Below the pieces are notes generated by a model. It was not told the DNA's origin and did not search any database. It saw nothing but the letters and a program-made list of their open reading frames with translations. A DNA stretch of 64,000 nt from a virus. Taxonomy: Duplodnaviria; Caudoviricetes. This document shows positions 53,629-63,443 of the stretch, in pieces (the stretch's first letter is position 1; every line of letters begins with the position of its first letter). A program made the translations under genes and the position numbers. The stretch covers positions 4,954-68,953 of IMG/VR virus record IMGVR_UViG_3300009130_000022. One strand, 5' to 3'.

Positions 53629-54704
53629 ATCAGTTGTCTAAATTTAGTTTTAAGAAACTCAAGAAGCTTTTCGTTTTCAGCGAGATAAGCCCAAAGTTTT
53701 CTTTCTCCTTGGTGTTTTTGCTGTATCTCTATCTTTTTTGCCTTAACTTCTTCCACTAAATCATCAGAGAAAACAAACCACGCTGCAGATTTTTTAATAA
53801 ATTCAAACTGAATCGCCAGCATACAAACTTCTACCTCCTCCCATATTGCTCCTCCCTTCTGGGAGTATTTAACAGGGATGGCTACTGTTTGTCCTGTTTT
53901 TTCGTTCCTAGTTTTTGTAAATTTCATGACGCAATAGTGGCCCAACCTTTTACCTTTGTCTTTTATCGCTGCGGCAGATGGATTCTCCCAGATATAAAGG
54001 TCTGTCCATAAAGGCTGAATCTCTGCCATGACAGAACTATAAAACCCCAAAGCTTTTCCTCCGGAAACGGTAGAGCCTCCTGTTGCTCCGTAGCCGCTCG
54101 TATTCATTTTTGTTCTGGTTTGGGACAACACTATCATAGTGTGACCGTATCTAGTGATAGGTAAGCTAAGAGATTTACCCGCGAACGAGAATGTAACGGC
54201 AGAACCCGCAACCTTTTGCCCCTGTTGGAAATCTTTATTTAAATCCTCCACCCTGCAAAGAGCATCCGTAGAATCTAAAATAAATAAATACTGATTATTT
54301 TTTTTGTTGTCTAGTATTAGCTCTTTTATTATTCCCAAACTCGGCTCAAGCATATTGCTATCTAAGCAAAACCACTTGTCTTCCTTGAGGGATATCCCGC
54401 TCCTTTCGAGGAGAATCTTGTTAAGCCTGCCTTCGGCGTTAACATAGAAAACAAATGAATTTTTGACCGTTTCTTGAAATATTTTAGCACAGTTTAAGGC
54501 GAAGCTGGTCTTTCCGCTTTCCGGTTCGCCAGAAAGCCTAAATATGCCGGGCGTAAGCCCTCCGTCCATGAATATATCTAAGGCAATGCTTCCAGTACTG
54601 CAGCACCAGTCGACCGCGGCGCTAGTGTTGTAGTGAAAGTTCTTAAACCTCTTATCATCAAGTAGTTGTGCTATTTTTTCTTTACTCATTATCTGTAAAA
54701 TCAA
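53625..54704 (-). CDS. recA: RecA/UvsX-like recombinase
   Basis: STGSIALD, GEPESGKT, NAEGR, LDS, GGKALGFYSS. Confidence 0.88.
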   Translation of the reverse strand: MILQIMSKEKIAQLLDDKRFKNFHYNTSAAVDWCCSTGSIALDIFMDGGLTPGIFRLSGEPESGKTSFALNCAKIFQETVKNSFVFYVNAEGRLNKILLERSGISLKEDKWFCLDSNMLEPSLGIIKELILDNKKNNQYLFILDSTDALCRVEDLNKDFQQGQKVAGSAVTFSFAGKSLSLPITRYGHTMIVLSQTRTKMNTSGYGATGGSTVSGGKALGFYSSVMAEIQPLWTDLYIWENPSAAAIKDKGKRLGHYCVMKFTKTRNEKTGQTVAIPVKYSQKGGAIWEEVEVCMLAIQFEFIKKSAAWFVFSDDLVEEVKAKKIEIQQKHQGERKLWAYLAENEKLLEFLKTKFRQLI

Positions 54705-55089
54705 TAAGGTTCTTTTTAACTTTTAATTCGTTTTTATTTGTCCCGAGAGGTTGTTTTTCAAGCTTATGTTTCTTTGTAGAAGGCAAGCGAAGTTTTCTTT
54801 TTTTGTCTAAATGTTTAAGTAAATGTATCTGTTCTGGTTTGAGCCACTCTTTCAAGGAGTAGATTTTGCGCCCTTCTCCTACAAGCCATTGCCAGAATTT
54901 CTTCTCTGGTATTTCAGCGAATAGTTTCTTGGCTTGTTTGTATTGGAAAATAAATGTGGTTTTCTTATCATCTATGAGAAAAGCTTTGACCATGAAAGTA
55001 TAAAAACCGTGATTGTTTTCCTTGGCCTTTTTCGGCTTCGGGGTTTTCTTTGGCTTTTTTTCTTCCGGAAATAGCTCTAGGTTAATCAT
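54682..55089 (-). CDS. Hypothetical protein
   Basis: Follows promoter 55103-55131. Confidence 0.7.
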   Translation of the reverse strand: MINLELFPEEKKPKKTPKPKKAKENNHGFYTFMVKAFLIDDKKTTFIFQYKQAKKLFAEIPEKKFWQWLVGEGRKIYSLKEWLKPEQIHLLKHLDKKRKLRLPSTKKHKLEKQPLGTNKNELKVKKNLIDFTDNE

Positions 55090-55102
55090 CTCCTAAAGCG
55101 TA

Positions 55103-55131
55103 AACATAACACGCCCGGGAAGCCTTGTCAA
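55103..55131 (-). promoter_or_regulatory. sigma70-like promoter
   Basis: TTGACA-17(aggcttcccgggcgtgt)-TATGTT. Confidence 0.75.
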
Positions 55132-55134
55132 TCG

Positions 55135-56127
55135 TTAATCGTAAGCGGCGTCGTAACACTTTTCCCAATAAGAAACCATGTCTTTTACTAACGCTTTGAA
55201 GTTGTATTCTGGTTTCCAGCTTAAAGCATTGCGAGCTTTTGAAGAGTCACCTTTAAGCATGGTAAGCTCCTCTGGGCGCATAAACTTGGGGTTCTGAGTA
55301 ACATAGTCTTTATAGTCTAAACCAAAATAACCAAAAGCTTCTTCGCAAAAGTCCCTCACAGAATGAGTTTCCATAGACGAGATAACAAATTCGTCAGGCT
55401 CATGGTGTTGTAAGATTTTGTGCATGGCTTTGACGTAATCTTTAGAGTGTCCCCAGTCTCTGTACGCGTCTAAGTTACCTAGCTCAAGTTTATTAGATAG
55501 TTTTTTAGCTATAGAAACTACGCCTCTGGCTATCTTCGCCGTTACAAAGTTCTCCCCTCTCCTAGGCGATTCGTGATTAAACAAAATTCCATTAGAAGCA
55601 AACAAATTATAAGAGTTTCTGTAATTTCTTACAATGCAATACGCCGCTAGCTTAGAGCATCCATAAGGGCTTGTTGGCTTCATTGGTGTTGTCTCTCTTT
55701 GGCAGCCGTCCTCGTCTATCTCGTTGCCGAACATTTCAGAAGAGCTGGCTTGGTAAAACCTAGCATTCGGGCAAAAACTCCTATAAGCTTCCAATAGATT
55801 GAGAGTTCCTATCATGTTTGTCTGGAGGGTAAATTGAGGGACATCAAAACTAATGCGGACATGGCTCTGCGCTCCTAGGTTGTATATTTCGTCAGGTTTT
55901 ATTAATCCGAGTAGTTTGTAAAGCGAAGTGCTATCCAAAAGATCTCCATAGTCGGTGTTAATAAGTCCTTTGGATACTAGATGATCTATCCTAGTCTCTT
56001 GGCTTTCTGCTACTGAATGTCTCCTGATCATTCCGTAAACTTCGTAATCATTTTCTACCAAATATTCAGCCAGATAACTACCGTCTTGACCTGATACTCC
56101 CGTGATGAATGCTTTCTTTTTGCTCAT
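55135..56127 (-). CDS. gmd: GDP-mannose 4,6-dehydratase
   Basis: ITGVSGQDGSYL, AQSHV, QASSSEMFG, SPYGCSK, LFNHESPRRG, RDWGH. Confidence 0.96.
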   Translation of the reverse strand: MSKKKAFITGVSGQDGSYLAEYLVENDYEVYGMIRRHSVAESQETRIDHLVSKGLINTDYGDLLDSTSLYKLLGLIKPDEIYNLGAQSHVRISFDVPQFTLQTNMIGTLNLLEAYRSFCPNARFYQASSSEMFGNEIDEDGCQRETTPMKPTSPYGCSKLAAYCIVRNYRNSYNLFASNGILFNHESPRRGENFVTAKIARGVVSIAKKLSNKLELGNLDAYRDWGHSKDYVKAMHKILQHHEPDEFVISSMETHSVRDFCEEAFGYFGLDYKDYVTQNPKFMRPEELTMLKGDSSKARNALSWKPEYNFKALVKDMVSYWEKCYDAAYD

Positions 56128-56873
56128 TTTTTACAAATAAATCTTATTTTATAGTTTTCTTCCGTGGCTTCCTTATCCTCTTCGTTAGACAGTATTTTCT
56201 CCACTTTCATTTGATGTTTTTTTATTAATTCTTTCAAAAAACGCTGAGACCAAATTATATGGTCTAACCTATAGGCAAACTCATCCACTACCTCGTCTAG
56301 ATTGTAGACCTCCACCTTGTTCTCTAGCTTTAGCGAGGCTGTGCCGTCATTAAACGTCGGGGAGGAGGTTATTTGGTAGCTGGCTCCTGCTATCTGAGAC
56401 GCTACTCCCCTCACATAAGGCTGCGGCTTCTCTTTGTTGACCGCGTCCTCATTAAAGCAGTCGAAAACAAAAGTCCCGCCATCTTCCAATAGATTGGAGC
56501 AGCTTTCGAAAAAACCACCGATTTGCTGCCTGTCTAGTACATGGTTTACCACATTAAACATACTTATGATGGTTGTAAACTTTGGTAGGTCGACCATCTC
56601 TTCGAACGTGGTAACGTCAAGATTATATAAGGTGATATCTTTGTTGTCTTTGAGTTTCTCCTTCGCAATGGATATCATGTCCTCAGAAACGTCTAGGCCA
56701 TGCAGGACCCTGCCTTTTTTATAAAGCTTTCGAAGGTGAGCGCCTGTTCCGCATCCTACATCCAAGACCCTATCTAGGTTGCAATACTTTTCTAAGATCT
56801 TGCTCTCGCCAATGTAATCTTTATTGCCGTAAATATCGTCGTAATACCTTGTGAATTTTCCTTTGTACATCAT
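56124..56873 (-). CDS. Class I SAM methyltransferase (amino-sugar N-methyltransferase-like)
   Basis: YDDIY..KDY..E, VLDVGCGTG. Confidence 0.85.
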   Translation of the reverse strand: MMYKGKFTRYYDDIYGNKDYIGESKILEKYCNLDRVLDVGCGTGAHLRKLYKKGRVLHGLDVSEDMISIAKEKLKDNKDITLYNLDVTTFEEMVDLPKFTTIISMFNVVNHVLDRQQIGGFFESCSNLLEDGGTFVFDCFNEDAVNKEKPQPYVRGVASQIAGASYQITSSPTFNDGTASLKLENKVEVYNLDEVVDEFAYRLDHIIWSQRFLKELIKKHQMKVEKILSNEEDKEATEENYKIRFICKK

Positions 56874-57340
56874 GTCCCCCGGCAGTAAGCTGTCTTATCA
56901 ATATTACGTTGCTCCATTAAGATTTGTTGTGGATATTTGAGTCTGTCCTCTCCTTTCATAAATTTTTGGTGATCTTTATAGTGGAGCTCGGCGTGATGGT
57001 TGGAGCATAATAAAATACATTTGTCGGCTTCTTTTTTGAGTTCTTCCATATCGTAGTTATTTTGAATTCCCTCACTAATACTATAGCTTTTCTCTGCGTC
57101 GTTAACGTGATGAAAGTCTAAGGCCCTGAGGGATTTGTTGTAGGTGCACCCTGAGGCGCTACATTCTCCTCCTTTATAATCTACCAAGGTCTGTTTTCTA
57201 TTTACTTGTTTCTGTCTGGCGCTGTTGTTGATGCAGTTTTTGCATTTACGTTTTAAATAGAATTTACCTTTATAAATTTGTCCAGTTACGTGAAACTGAT
57301 CCTCGGACTTTTCCTCTTTGCATGTCTTGCAGCGTCTCAT
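56870..57340 (-). CDS. HNH endonuclease
   Basis: CKTC..., ALDFHH, KCILLCSNHH. Confidence 0.85.
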   Translation of the reverse strand: MRRCKTCKEEKSEDQFHVTGQIYKGKFYLKRKCKNCINNSARQKQVNRKQTLVDYKGGECSASGCTYNKSLRALDFHHVNDAEKSYSISEGIQNNYDMEELKKEADKCILLCSNHHAELHYKDHQKFMKGEDRLKYPQQILMEQRNIDKTAYCRGT

Positions 57341-58506
57341 GGTGTATGATGGTTTAGCCAAATATAGTATTCTTTTATTGTGTCACAAATGTAATCAACC
57401 TTCTCTTCCTCGAGGGCAGGATAAGATGGTAAGCAAACAGCATGATTGTAAGCGTGGATAGAGTTGGGAAAATGGGAATCAAGAATGTACCCCGGCTGGT
57501 CGTTAATGTCTTTGTATAGTTTTTGAGCAGGGGAGTTGTAGCATGGTTGGTCATGTAGAGGATGGAATACCGACCTAACTTCAATGCCTTTCTCTTCGAA
57601 CCGTTTCATTAAACCCTCGACAGGCTTTTGGCACATTAGAACCACCCGGAAAGGAATATGGTTTGATATATGTATAGACTCATCTCTAGGGCAAGGCTCA
57701 ACTATGATGACGTCCTCAACTTCAGACAGTCTCTCCTTGTATAGTTTTAACAAGTTTCGTTTCTTGTCCTTTATCTCTTTGAGTTTGTCTAGCTGCACAA
57801 GACCCATGGCTGCTTGAAAGTCAGTGATTCTAAAGTTGTAGCCTATCTCTGGGTGCACAAAAGACCCTCTGTTGAGTCTGCCTTGGTTCCTAAGGTAAAG
57901 CAGTTTATTGTAGATCTCCTCGTTATTTGTCGTAACAAATCCCCCTTCTCCCATTGTGATAGTCTTATCCGCAAAGAACGAGAAGCAGCCTACTTCACCA
58001 AAGGTGCCGCAATGCTTCCCTCCCCATGTTACTCCAACTGCTTGAGCCGCATCCTCGACTACCTTTAGGTTCTTTTCTATGGCATAAGCCATGACTTCCC
58101 CCATGTCAGCAGCCATTCCAAAAAGGTGGACGGGCATTATAGCTGTTGTTTTTTTGCTTAAAACCCTATCGCAGTCTGTGATATCTATTTGAAGGTCTTC
58201 TAGATGGACGTCGACAAACAACGGTTTGGCTCCACACATCTCCACGGCATTTGCAGAAGCTATAAATGTAAAGTTCGGAACAATGACCTCGTCTCCCGAC
58301 TTGACTCCTGCTGCTCTTAGCCCCAAATACAAAGCTAGCGTACCGTTCTGAGCAAAGACCCCATAGCGTGCTCTCGTTAGGTCTAAAAAGCGCTCAGTAA
58401 ACTCTTTGCATTTTGGACCTTCTGTTATCCAGTTAGAATCAAAACAGGAGCCCATCGCCTCGTGCTCCTCTTTTCCTATAAAAGGTTGAAATTGTGAAAC
58501 TTTCAT
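57337..58506 (-). CDS. DegT/DnrJ/EryC1/StrS aminotransferase (GDP-perosamine synthase-like)
   Basis: NGTLAL, VEDAAQA, FSFFADKTITMGEGG, GYNFR. Confidence 0.92.
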   Translation of the reverse strand: MKVSQFQPFIGKEEHEAMGSCFDSNWITEGPKCKEFTERFLDLTRARYGVFAQNGTLALYLGLRAAGVKSGDEVIVPNFTFIASANAVEMCGAKPLFVDVHLEDLQIDITDCDRVLSKKTTAIMPVHLFGMAADMGEVMAYAIEKNLKVVEDAAQAVGVTWGGKHCGTFGEVGCFSFFADKTITMGEGGFVTTNNEEIYNKLLYLRNQGRLNRGSFVHPEIGYNFRITDFQAAMGLVQLDKLKEIKDKKRNLLKLYKERLSEVEDVIIVEPCPRDESIHISNHIPFRVVLMCQKPVEGLMKRFEEKGIEVRSVFHPLHDQPCYNSPAQKLYKDINDQPGYILDSHFPNSIHAYNHAVCLPSYPALEEEKVDYICDTIKEYYIWLNHHTP

Positions 58507-58937
58507 GTTAGTCCAAATTCTGGATCGTAATTTATAAAGGTTTTATCCATAGCGGATCCAAAATAAGGACCCGTTTTGAACTCGTATAGAGAAGTGTCAT
58601 CTTCCAAGACTTCAAAACCATGGCCTGCCCTAAAGCTAATGGCGCAATCTCCTGAGGATAGGTTTGTGTCTAGTATTAAAGAATCGTCTAGATCATAAAA
58701 CAAACATCTAATCTTCCCGCTTAGTACCAGCCAAGCCTCCTGAGTCCTGTCGGTTTTTCTCTCTAGCTTCTTGTGTTTGTGCGATCTAAAGCGAACACCC
58801 TTGCTGATTACTTTAGTAGAGCATTGCAGGAATTCTGACTCTGGGCTTAGGTCTGTCCTTTCTTTTGTTATTTCCCTTGCTCTGTTGATTACTAACAGCA
58901 GAACGCCTTCTTCTACTTTTGAATATATTTTCTTCAT
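58503..58937 (-). CDS. WbuC-like cupin
   Basis: H.H, QEAW.V.SG, GH, YEFKTGPY. Confidence 0.8.
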   Translation of the reverse strand: MKKIYSKVEEGVLLLVINRAREITKERTDLSPESEFLQCSTKVISKGVRFRSHKHKKLERKTDRTQEAWLVLSGKIRCLFYDLDDSLILDTNLSSGDCAISFRAGHGFEVLEDDTSLYEFKTGPYFGSAMDKTFINYDPEFGLT

Positions 58938-59593
58938 TTTAATTTCTTGTAATAGTGCCCTATTTCAAATTTTGTACCTGTGGTGCCTGAAGCTTTGGAC
59001 ATTTGTTCCGGATGATAGTGTTCCAGTGGTAGAATTCTGAAATCATATGTCACGCGCGTAATTGATGTCTTGTTTATCTTGTTGCCGTGTCTACATATGT
59101 TGCCGTTAAAGGTTATTAGTTCCCCCCATTCCATCTCAATAGGCTCGAAGTCTCCTTTGTCTGGTTCCGACTCTGTCCAAACCGTGTTCGTGTCATAGCA
59201 TTTAGTGAAGGGTAATATAAAATTAATTTCCCCAAACGGATGGTCGTATCCGTTTTGAGAGTCTCTATGGAAATCCGGAGTCGCCCAGTTGCCCGGGACA
59301 TGTATTCTTAGCGTAGGCCAGCGCTGATAAATAAATTCGTACTCGAATAAGGGCCTTACAAATTCAGAAATGAAGCCGTCGTAGATCTCTTCAAACTCTG
59401 GCCAGCCTCCCCTTAGCTTAGAGTAGAAAGCTTTATGTCCTTCGGTGTCAGAATTGTTAGACATAGTAAAGATGTCAAGATCACCAAGTGTTTCGTGGAG
59501 CGTAGAAAGGTCCTCGTGTTTATAAAGGGAAGACATCAACTTGTGAAAGTTGTATCTGTCTTGATCAAAGATAAATTTTTTATAATGATTCAA
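58934..59593 (-). CDS. 2OG-Fe(II)-like oxygenase (StrG-like)
   Basis: QRWPTLR, FHRD, EINF, HGN..N.T..TRVT.DFR. Confidence 0.75.
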   Translation of the reverse strand: MNHYKKFIFDQDRYNFHKLMSSLYKHEDLSTLHETLGDLDIFTMSNNSDTEGHKAFYSKLRGGWPEFEEIYDGFISEFVRPLFEYEFIYQRWPTLRIHVPGNWATPDFHRDSQNGYDHPFGEINFILPFTKCYDTNTVWTESEPDKGDFEPIEMEWGELITFNGNICRHGNKINKTSITRVTYDFRILPLEHYHPEQMSKASGTTGTKFEIGHYYKKLK

Positions 59594-60359
59594 AATATGC
59601 TACTATCCCGTTTTCTATGGGCTTGTTGAAGTATATCATTTTTAGCCCCGCTTTTTCTCCGAGCTTCCTTAGGGTGCTTGTGCTAAAGAAATATAAATGT
59701 TCGTTTGGTATTATATGTTTCCAGTTCTCTTTCTCTTCTTTGTGGTTTTTGCATTCTACATCGTGGGTTCCTACGACTATTAGTCCGCTCTTCTTAAGTC
59801 TCTTCTTCTTTTCTAAAAGCATCTTCAGCGGATCGGAAACGTGTTCTAGTACGTTGAAGCTAGTTATGACGTCGAACTCGTACTCAGAATAATCTTCAAG
59901 AAAGCACTTCTTTATGTTAATCATATAATCTCTTATACCGTCATCGATGTCTTTCTGGTTTAGGTCTATCCCGTATGCTTCGAACCCTTCTTTTCGGGCA
60001 GAGTTGACTAGGAATCCTCTACAGCAGCCGACATCTAAAAGCTTTCCATGTGATACGAACTCTTGGATGTAGCTGATTCTCTCGTCTGAAATCCTTTCGA
60101 ACTCCCCTGTTCTCTCGTCTATTTCTGGTTCACCTACTTGAGTTTGGTACTCTTGCCAGTAATTGCTCTCATATATATCCAGCATAGATTCTCCTGTGTT
60201 TCTTGGGTGGCAATACATTAGAGAACACTCTTCGCATTGAACTATGTCTTTACTGTCTCCTATTTGTTTATACTCTGGGAGGTCGCTAAATTTATAGACA
60301 GTACTAGTTTCTGTTCCGCCGCAGCAAATACACTGTTCTGTTTCTTGGGTCTTGTTCAT
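59580..60359 (-). CDS. Zn-ribbon class I SAM methyltransferase
   Basis: CICC..CEEC, LLDVGC..G, VLEHV.DP. Confidence 0.85.
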   Translation of the reverse strand: MNKTQETEQCICCGGTETSTVYKFSDLPEYKQIGDSKDIVQCEECSLMYCHPRNTGESMLDIYESNYWQEYQTQVGEPEIDERTGEFERISDERISYIQEFVSHGKLLDVGCCRGFLVNSARKEGFEAYGIDLNQKDIDDGIRDYMINIKKCFLEDYSEYEFDVITSFNVLEHVSDPLKMLLEKKKRLKKSGLIVVGTHDVECKNHKEEKENWKHIIPNEHLYFFSTSTLRKLGEKAGLKMIYFNKPIENGIVAYFESL

Positions 60360-61237
60360 TTGTTCATCCAGCCATCCGTCCGGTAACGATTTATTAAGGT
60401 GTCAATGGTCGGCCATACGTTATACCTGTTTAAAATTAAGTCTCTGGCTTCTTTTACCGCTTCCTTTCTGCTGTCAAAATCATCATCTTTTATTAAGTTA
60501 TTGACTCTGTTGGCGTCGTTTAGGTTCAGGGGATTAATTTTAATAAAAGATTTCTCTGGGAAATACTTGCCTAGCTCCCCTCCTCCTCCGTAGATGGGAA
60601 CTGTCCATCTTAACAAAGCGTCAGTTACTTGAGTTCCGAAAAAATCCTTGATTGTTACTTGGTTGTCGAATGCTAATGTATATTTATATTCGTCCAAGGC
60701 TGTCTTCTTGTCGTTATTTTTTAGTTTCTTATCAGCGCACGAAATTGTACCGTAGACATCAATGTCATAACTGTGCTTGTATCTCTTGATAAATATTTGT
60801 CTGGCTTTGTGTATGGGGGTTATGTCTTTGTTTGTTTGGATGCAGCTAATGGTTTTAGTTTTATTTGTTTCCTTTTCTGCTGATAGCTCGTCGTAAGTCA
60901 TGTTTATGCCTCCGTATTCCCCGGGGTATATCCATTTTGTATATAAATAGCCGGTCCCGTCCCAGAAAGAAGATCTTACAGCCTTGTCCGTGGGATAATT
61001 GTTAATGCTGTTGGGGTCTAGGGCCTCTCTAGAAAAATATAATCTTTTTTCTTTGGGGAATCTGTTAAAAACATCTGGAGAACAGGCGTCCTCTATTATC
61101 AAATAGTCAGACTCGTCAGGGTCTGTTGTATAGGTAATGTCTTTCCATGAGCCTGATTCTTTTGGGGTCTGTTTGATATAACAAGACACCATTTGGTCAG
61201 CAGTGAGTCCCCAGTTAGGAGCAAAATATATTTTCAT
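60356..61237 (-). CDS. GT10 (fucosyltransferase-like) glycosyltransferase
   Basis: K...L..YKYTLAFDN..FF..Q..DA....VPIY.G. Confidence 0.7.
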   Translation of the reverse strand: MKIYFAPNWGLTADQMVSCYIKQTPKESGSWKDITYTTDPDESDYLIIEDACSPDVFNRFPKEKRLYFSREALDPNSINNYPTDKAVRSSFWDGTGYLYTKWIYPGEYGGINMTYDELSAEKETNKTKTISCIQTNKDITPIHKARQIFIKRYKHSYDIDVYGTISCADKKLKNNDKKTALDEYKYTLAFDNQVTIKDFFGTQVTDALLRWTVPIYGGGGELGKYFPEKSFIKINPLNLNDANRVNNLIKDDDFDSRKEAVKEARDLILNRYNVWPTIDTLINRYRTDGWMNK

Positions 61238-61788
61238 TCTGGCTCCTTTCTGCACTCCACATTTAAACTAATTAAAGTGCCTTTCTCTTTGTCCATATGT
61301 GGTAAATATGCCTGAGAGTGGTCGTCTATATAGGAATGTTCTTTATCTTCCCATTTGTATTCGTGTATCCCCCAAAAATGATTCTCTGTGAGCAGGTTGC
61401 TTAAGCTCTCTAAATCATAAACCGTTTTGTGGTATATGGTTTGGTCTCCCATAGGCATTTTTCCATATAAAGGACCCAGAAACTTATCAAGTGAATAGCT
61501 CCTATCGTTATACAAGCGAACCATCGCTTCGAAATTAGGAACAGCTAATCTCAAAACACCATCGGGAACAAGAGCTCTACGCCATTCTTTAAGGACTTCT
61601 CCCGCCTCTTCTAAGTCAAAATACTCCAACACATGAGACGCGTATATTAAATCAGCCGAATTATTCTCAAAAGGAAGCTTGGTTATGTCGTGAGAGTGAA
61701 GGTGCTTGTAGTCTCCTCCATCTATGTGGGTCCAGTCTGGGCCAAAGTCTCTTTTGCCGCACCCTAAATGAAGTTTAGTTTCTTTCAT
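61234..61788 (-). CDS. Methyltransf_11 SAM methyltransferase
   Basis: KLHLGCG, ADLIYASHVLE, LRLAVP. Confidence 0.85.
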   Translation of the reverse strand: MKETKLHLGCGKRDFGPDWTHIDGGDYKHLHSHDITKLPFENNSADLIYASHVLEYFDLEEAGEVLKEWRRALVPDGVLRLAVPNFEAMVRLYNDRSYSLDKFLGPLYGKMPMGDQTIYHKTVYDLESLSNLLTENHFWGIHEYKWEDKEHSYIDDHSQAYLPHMDKEKGTLISLNVECRKEPE

Positions 61789-61792
61789 TTTT

Positions 61793-62428
61793 TTAAAATT
61801 CAAATTCGAGCTGAGAAATTATATTGCTATTTTTTAATTTATCATGAAAAACTTCGTATTCTTTTCTAATCCTCTCCATTTCTTTCTTTGGGGGCCTTCC
61901 TGCCTTCCCCTTCTCTTCCGGCACGTATATGCTTTCCCACCCTCCGGCCTCTTCGTATTCTTTTCTAATTCTCTTCATTTCTTCTTCGTGAAATCCGTCG
62001 TGTGTCTCGTTGTGGCAATTCCTGCAAAGTAAAATACATTTAGCCGCTTCTTTTCTCAGTACTGATAAGCTTTTGTGTCGCTGACTCGAGATGGAAAACT
62101 CTTTTTCCTCTGGTTTTATGTGGTGAAAATCTAATGCCCATTCGCAGTCGGAATAGGGACACAGCGCGCACTTGAATCCGGCTTCTTTTATTAATGTTGA
62201 TTTCGCTCTTCTCTGCCGAAACATCTGCCAGTTGGAATGTTTTTTAAGCAGGCCCGGGTTGAGGCGTCTTGTGATGGTGATTTTCGAAACGCCCATTATT
62301 TCCGCGATCTTTTGGTGCGTTAGTCCTTGAGAGACAAGCAGATTAAGCTGGTCCGGGTCTAATTCTTTTCGATGGGCTCCTTGTCTAAGGGAAGTGTCCT
62401 TGTTTTGTTTTCTCTTGCTGGAAATCAT
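61793..62428 (-). CDS. HTH-HNH endonuclease
   Basis: GLTHQKIAEIMGVS HTH; ALDFHH, KCILLCRNCH. Confidence 0.85.
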   Translation of the reverse strand: MISSKRKQNKDTSLRQGAHRKELDPDQLNLLVSQGLTHQKIAEIMGVSKITITRRLNPGLLKKHSNWQMFRQRRAKSTLIKEAGFKCALCPYSDCEWALDFHHIKPEEKEFSISSQRHKSLSVLRKEAAKCILLCRNCHNETHDGFHEEEMKRIRKEYEEAGGWESIYVPEEKGKAGRPPKKEMERIRKEYEVFHDKLKNSNIISQLEFEF

Positions 62429-63015
62429 TTTTTGAAAACGTTCATTTCTCTCAGGTCTGGCCAGTCATCTAGAACCCACTGCCTAGGTTCTTCTTTAGCC
62501 GCTACTTCAAGCTTGGCCAAACCAAGCCTTGCTGTTTCTGGGGTCATATAATAATGATATCCCATCATGCTGATGTTCTGTTCTCGCCATGGGACATCAG
62601 GATGTCGGCCATCGTGTGACATTTTTTTAAGGTCTTCGGCAGCTTCCTCATTGTCTGTTAGTATCATGCCGCCTCTTCCTAGGCTTAGGTGTTTCTGGAA
62701 TTGAAAGCTAAGCGTCATAAATGTGTTAGGGATATAGCTTTTTTCCCTCCACAGAACCGCGGCATCTATTACGTTGTCTGTTAGATAATAATAATCCTTC
62801 CAGTTTTCCTCTTTCCATTCGAGGTCTATTCCTAATTTTTTAGCCAAGAAAGGTATCGAAATATATGTTTGAACAGGGACTTTAATTGTTTGGACCTTTA
62901 GTAGTCTTAAGCATAGCTCTATGCCGTGGGTACAGCTATCGACAGCTACCCCGTATGGGGAGCCGAAGTATTCAGCAACTCTTTTTTCGAATTCCGTAAC
63001 CATGTTAAAGCTCAT
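62425..63015 (-). CDS. Short DegT-family aminotransferase
   Basis: VDSCTHG, DAA, SFQFQKHL..GRGG, GYHYYM; only 196 aa. Confidence 0.8.
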   Translation of the reverse strand: MSFNMVTEFEKRVAEYFGSPYGVAVDSCTHGIELCLRLLKVQTIKVPVQTYISIPFLAKKLGIDLEWKEENWKDYYYLTDNVIDAAVLWREKSYIPNTFMTLSFQFQKHLSLGRGGMILTDNEEAAEDLKKMSHDGRHPDVPWREQNISMMGYHYYMTPETARLGLAKLEVAAKEEPRQWVLDDWPDLREMNVFKK

Positions 63016-63443
63016 TATATAAATTCTTTATCTTGCTCTTGTCCTTTATAAGGCCCTGTCTTGAACTCGTATACGAAAGTGTTCGGAGCAGTGGCTATAT
63101 AATTATGCCCACCTTGAAAAGTCATGGATAGGTCCCCAACGTTAAGGGTCTCTTGAGAAATAATAGAATCATCCAAATCATAAAACGTAACCGCAACAGA
63201 GCCGCTTATAACCACCCATGATTCTTGAGCGATTACCGTCTTCTCTCCTTCTTTCCATATGTGTTTGTGGGGTTTAAATGTTTTGCCTGCGTTCATTTGT
63301 ATTGCCGCGACTTGAAGAAACTGATCCTCAGGGGCTACGTCGACTCTTCCTCCTTCGTTTAGCGTCGTTATCGCAAGGTCTTTCTTTCTGCAAATAATAT
63401 GCAGCAGAAAACTTGAGTCCATTTTGGAATATATTTTTTTCAT
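63015..63443 (-). CDS. WbuC-like cupin (paralog of 58503-58937)
   Basis: MKKIYSK, FLQ, QESW, FYDLDDS, YEFKTGPY shared. Confidence 0.8.
   Translation of the reverse strand: MKKIYSKMDSSFLLHIICRKKDLAITTLNEGGRVDVAPEDQFLQVAAIQMNAGKTFKPHKHIWKEGEKTVIAQESWVVISGSVAVTFYDLDDSIISQETLNVGDLSMTFQGGHNYIATAPNTFVYEFKTGPYKGQEQDKEFI

Noticed and set aside
36951-54704. Inteins or introns in nrdJ, dnaE, dnaB, recA
   Set aside because: Lengths are normal and no intein terminal motifs or insertions were seen
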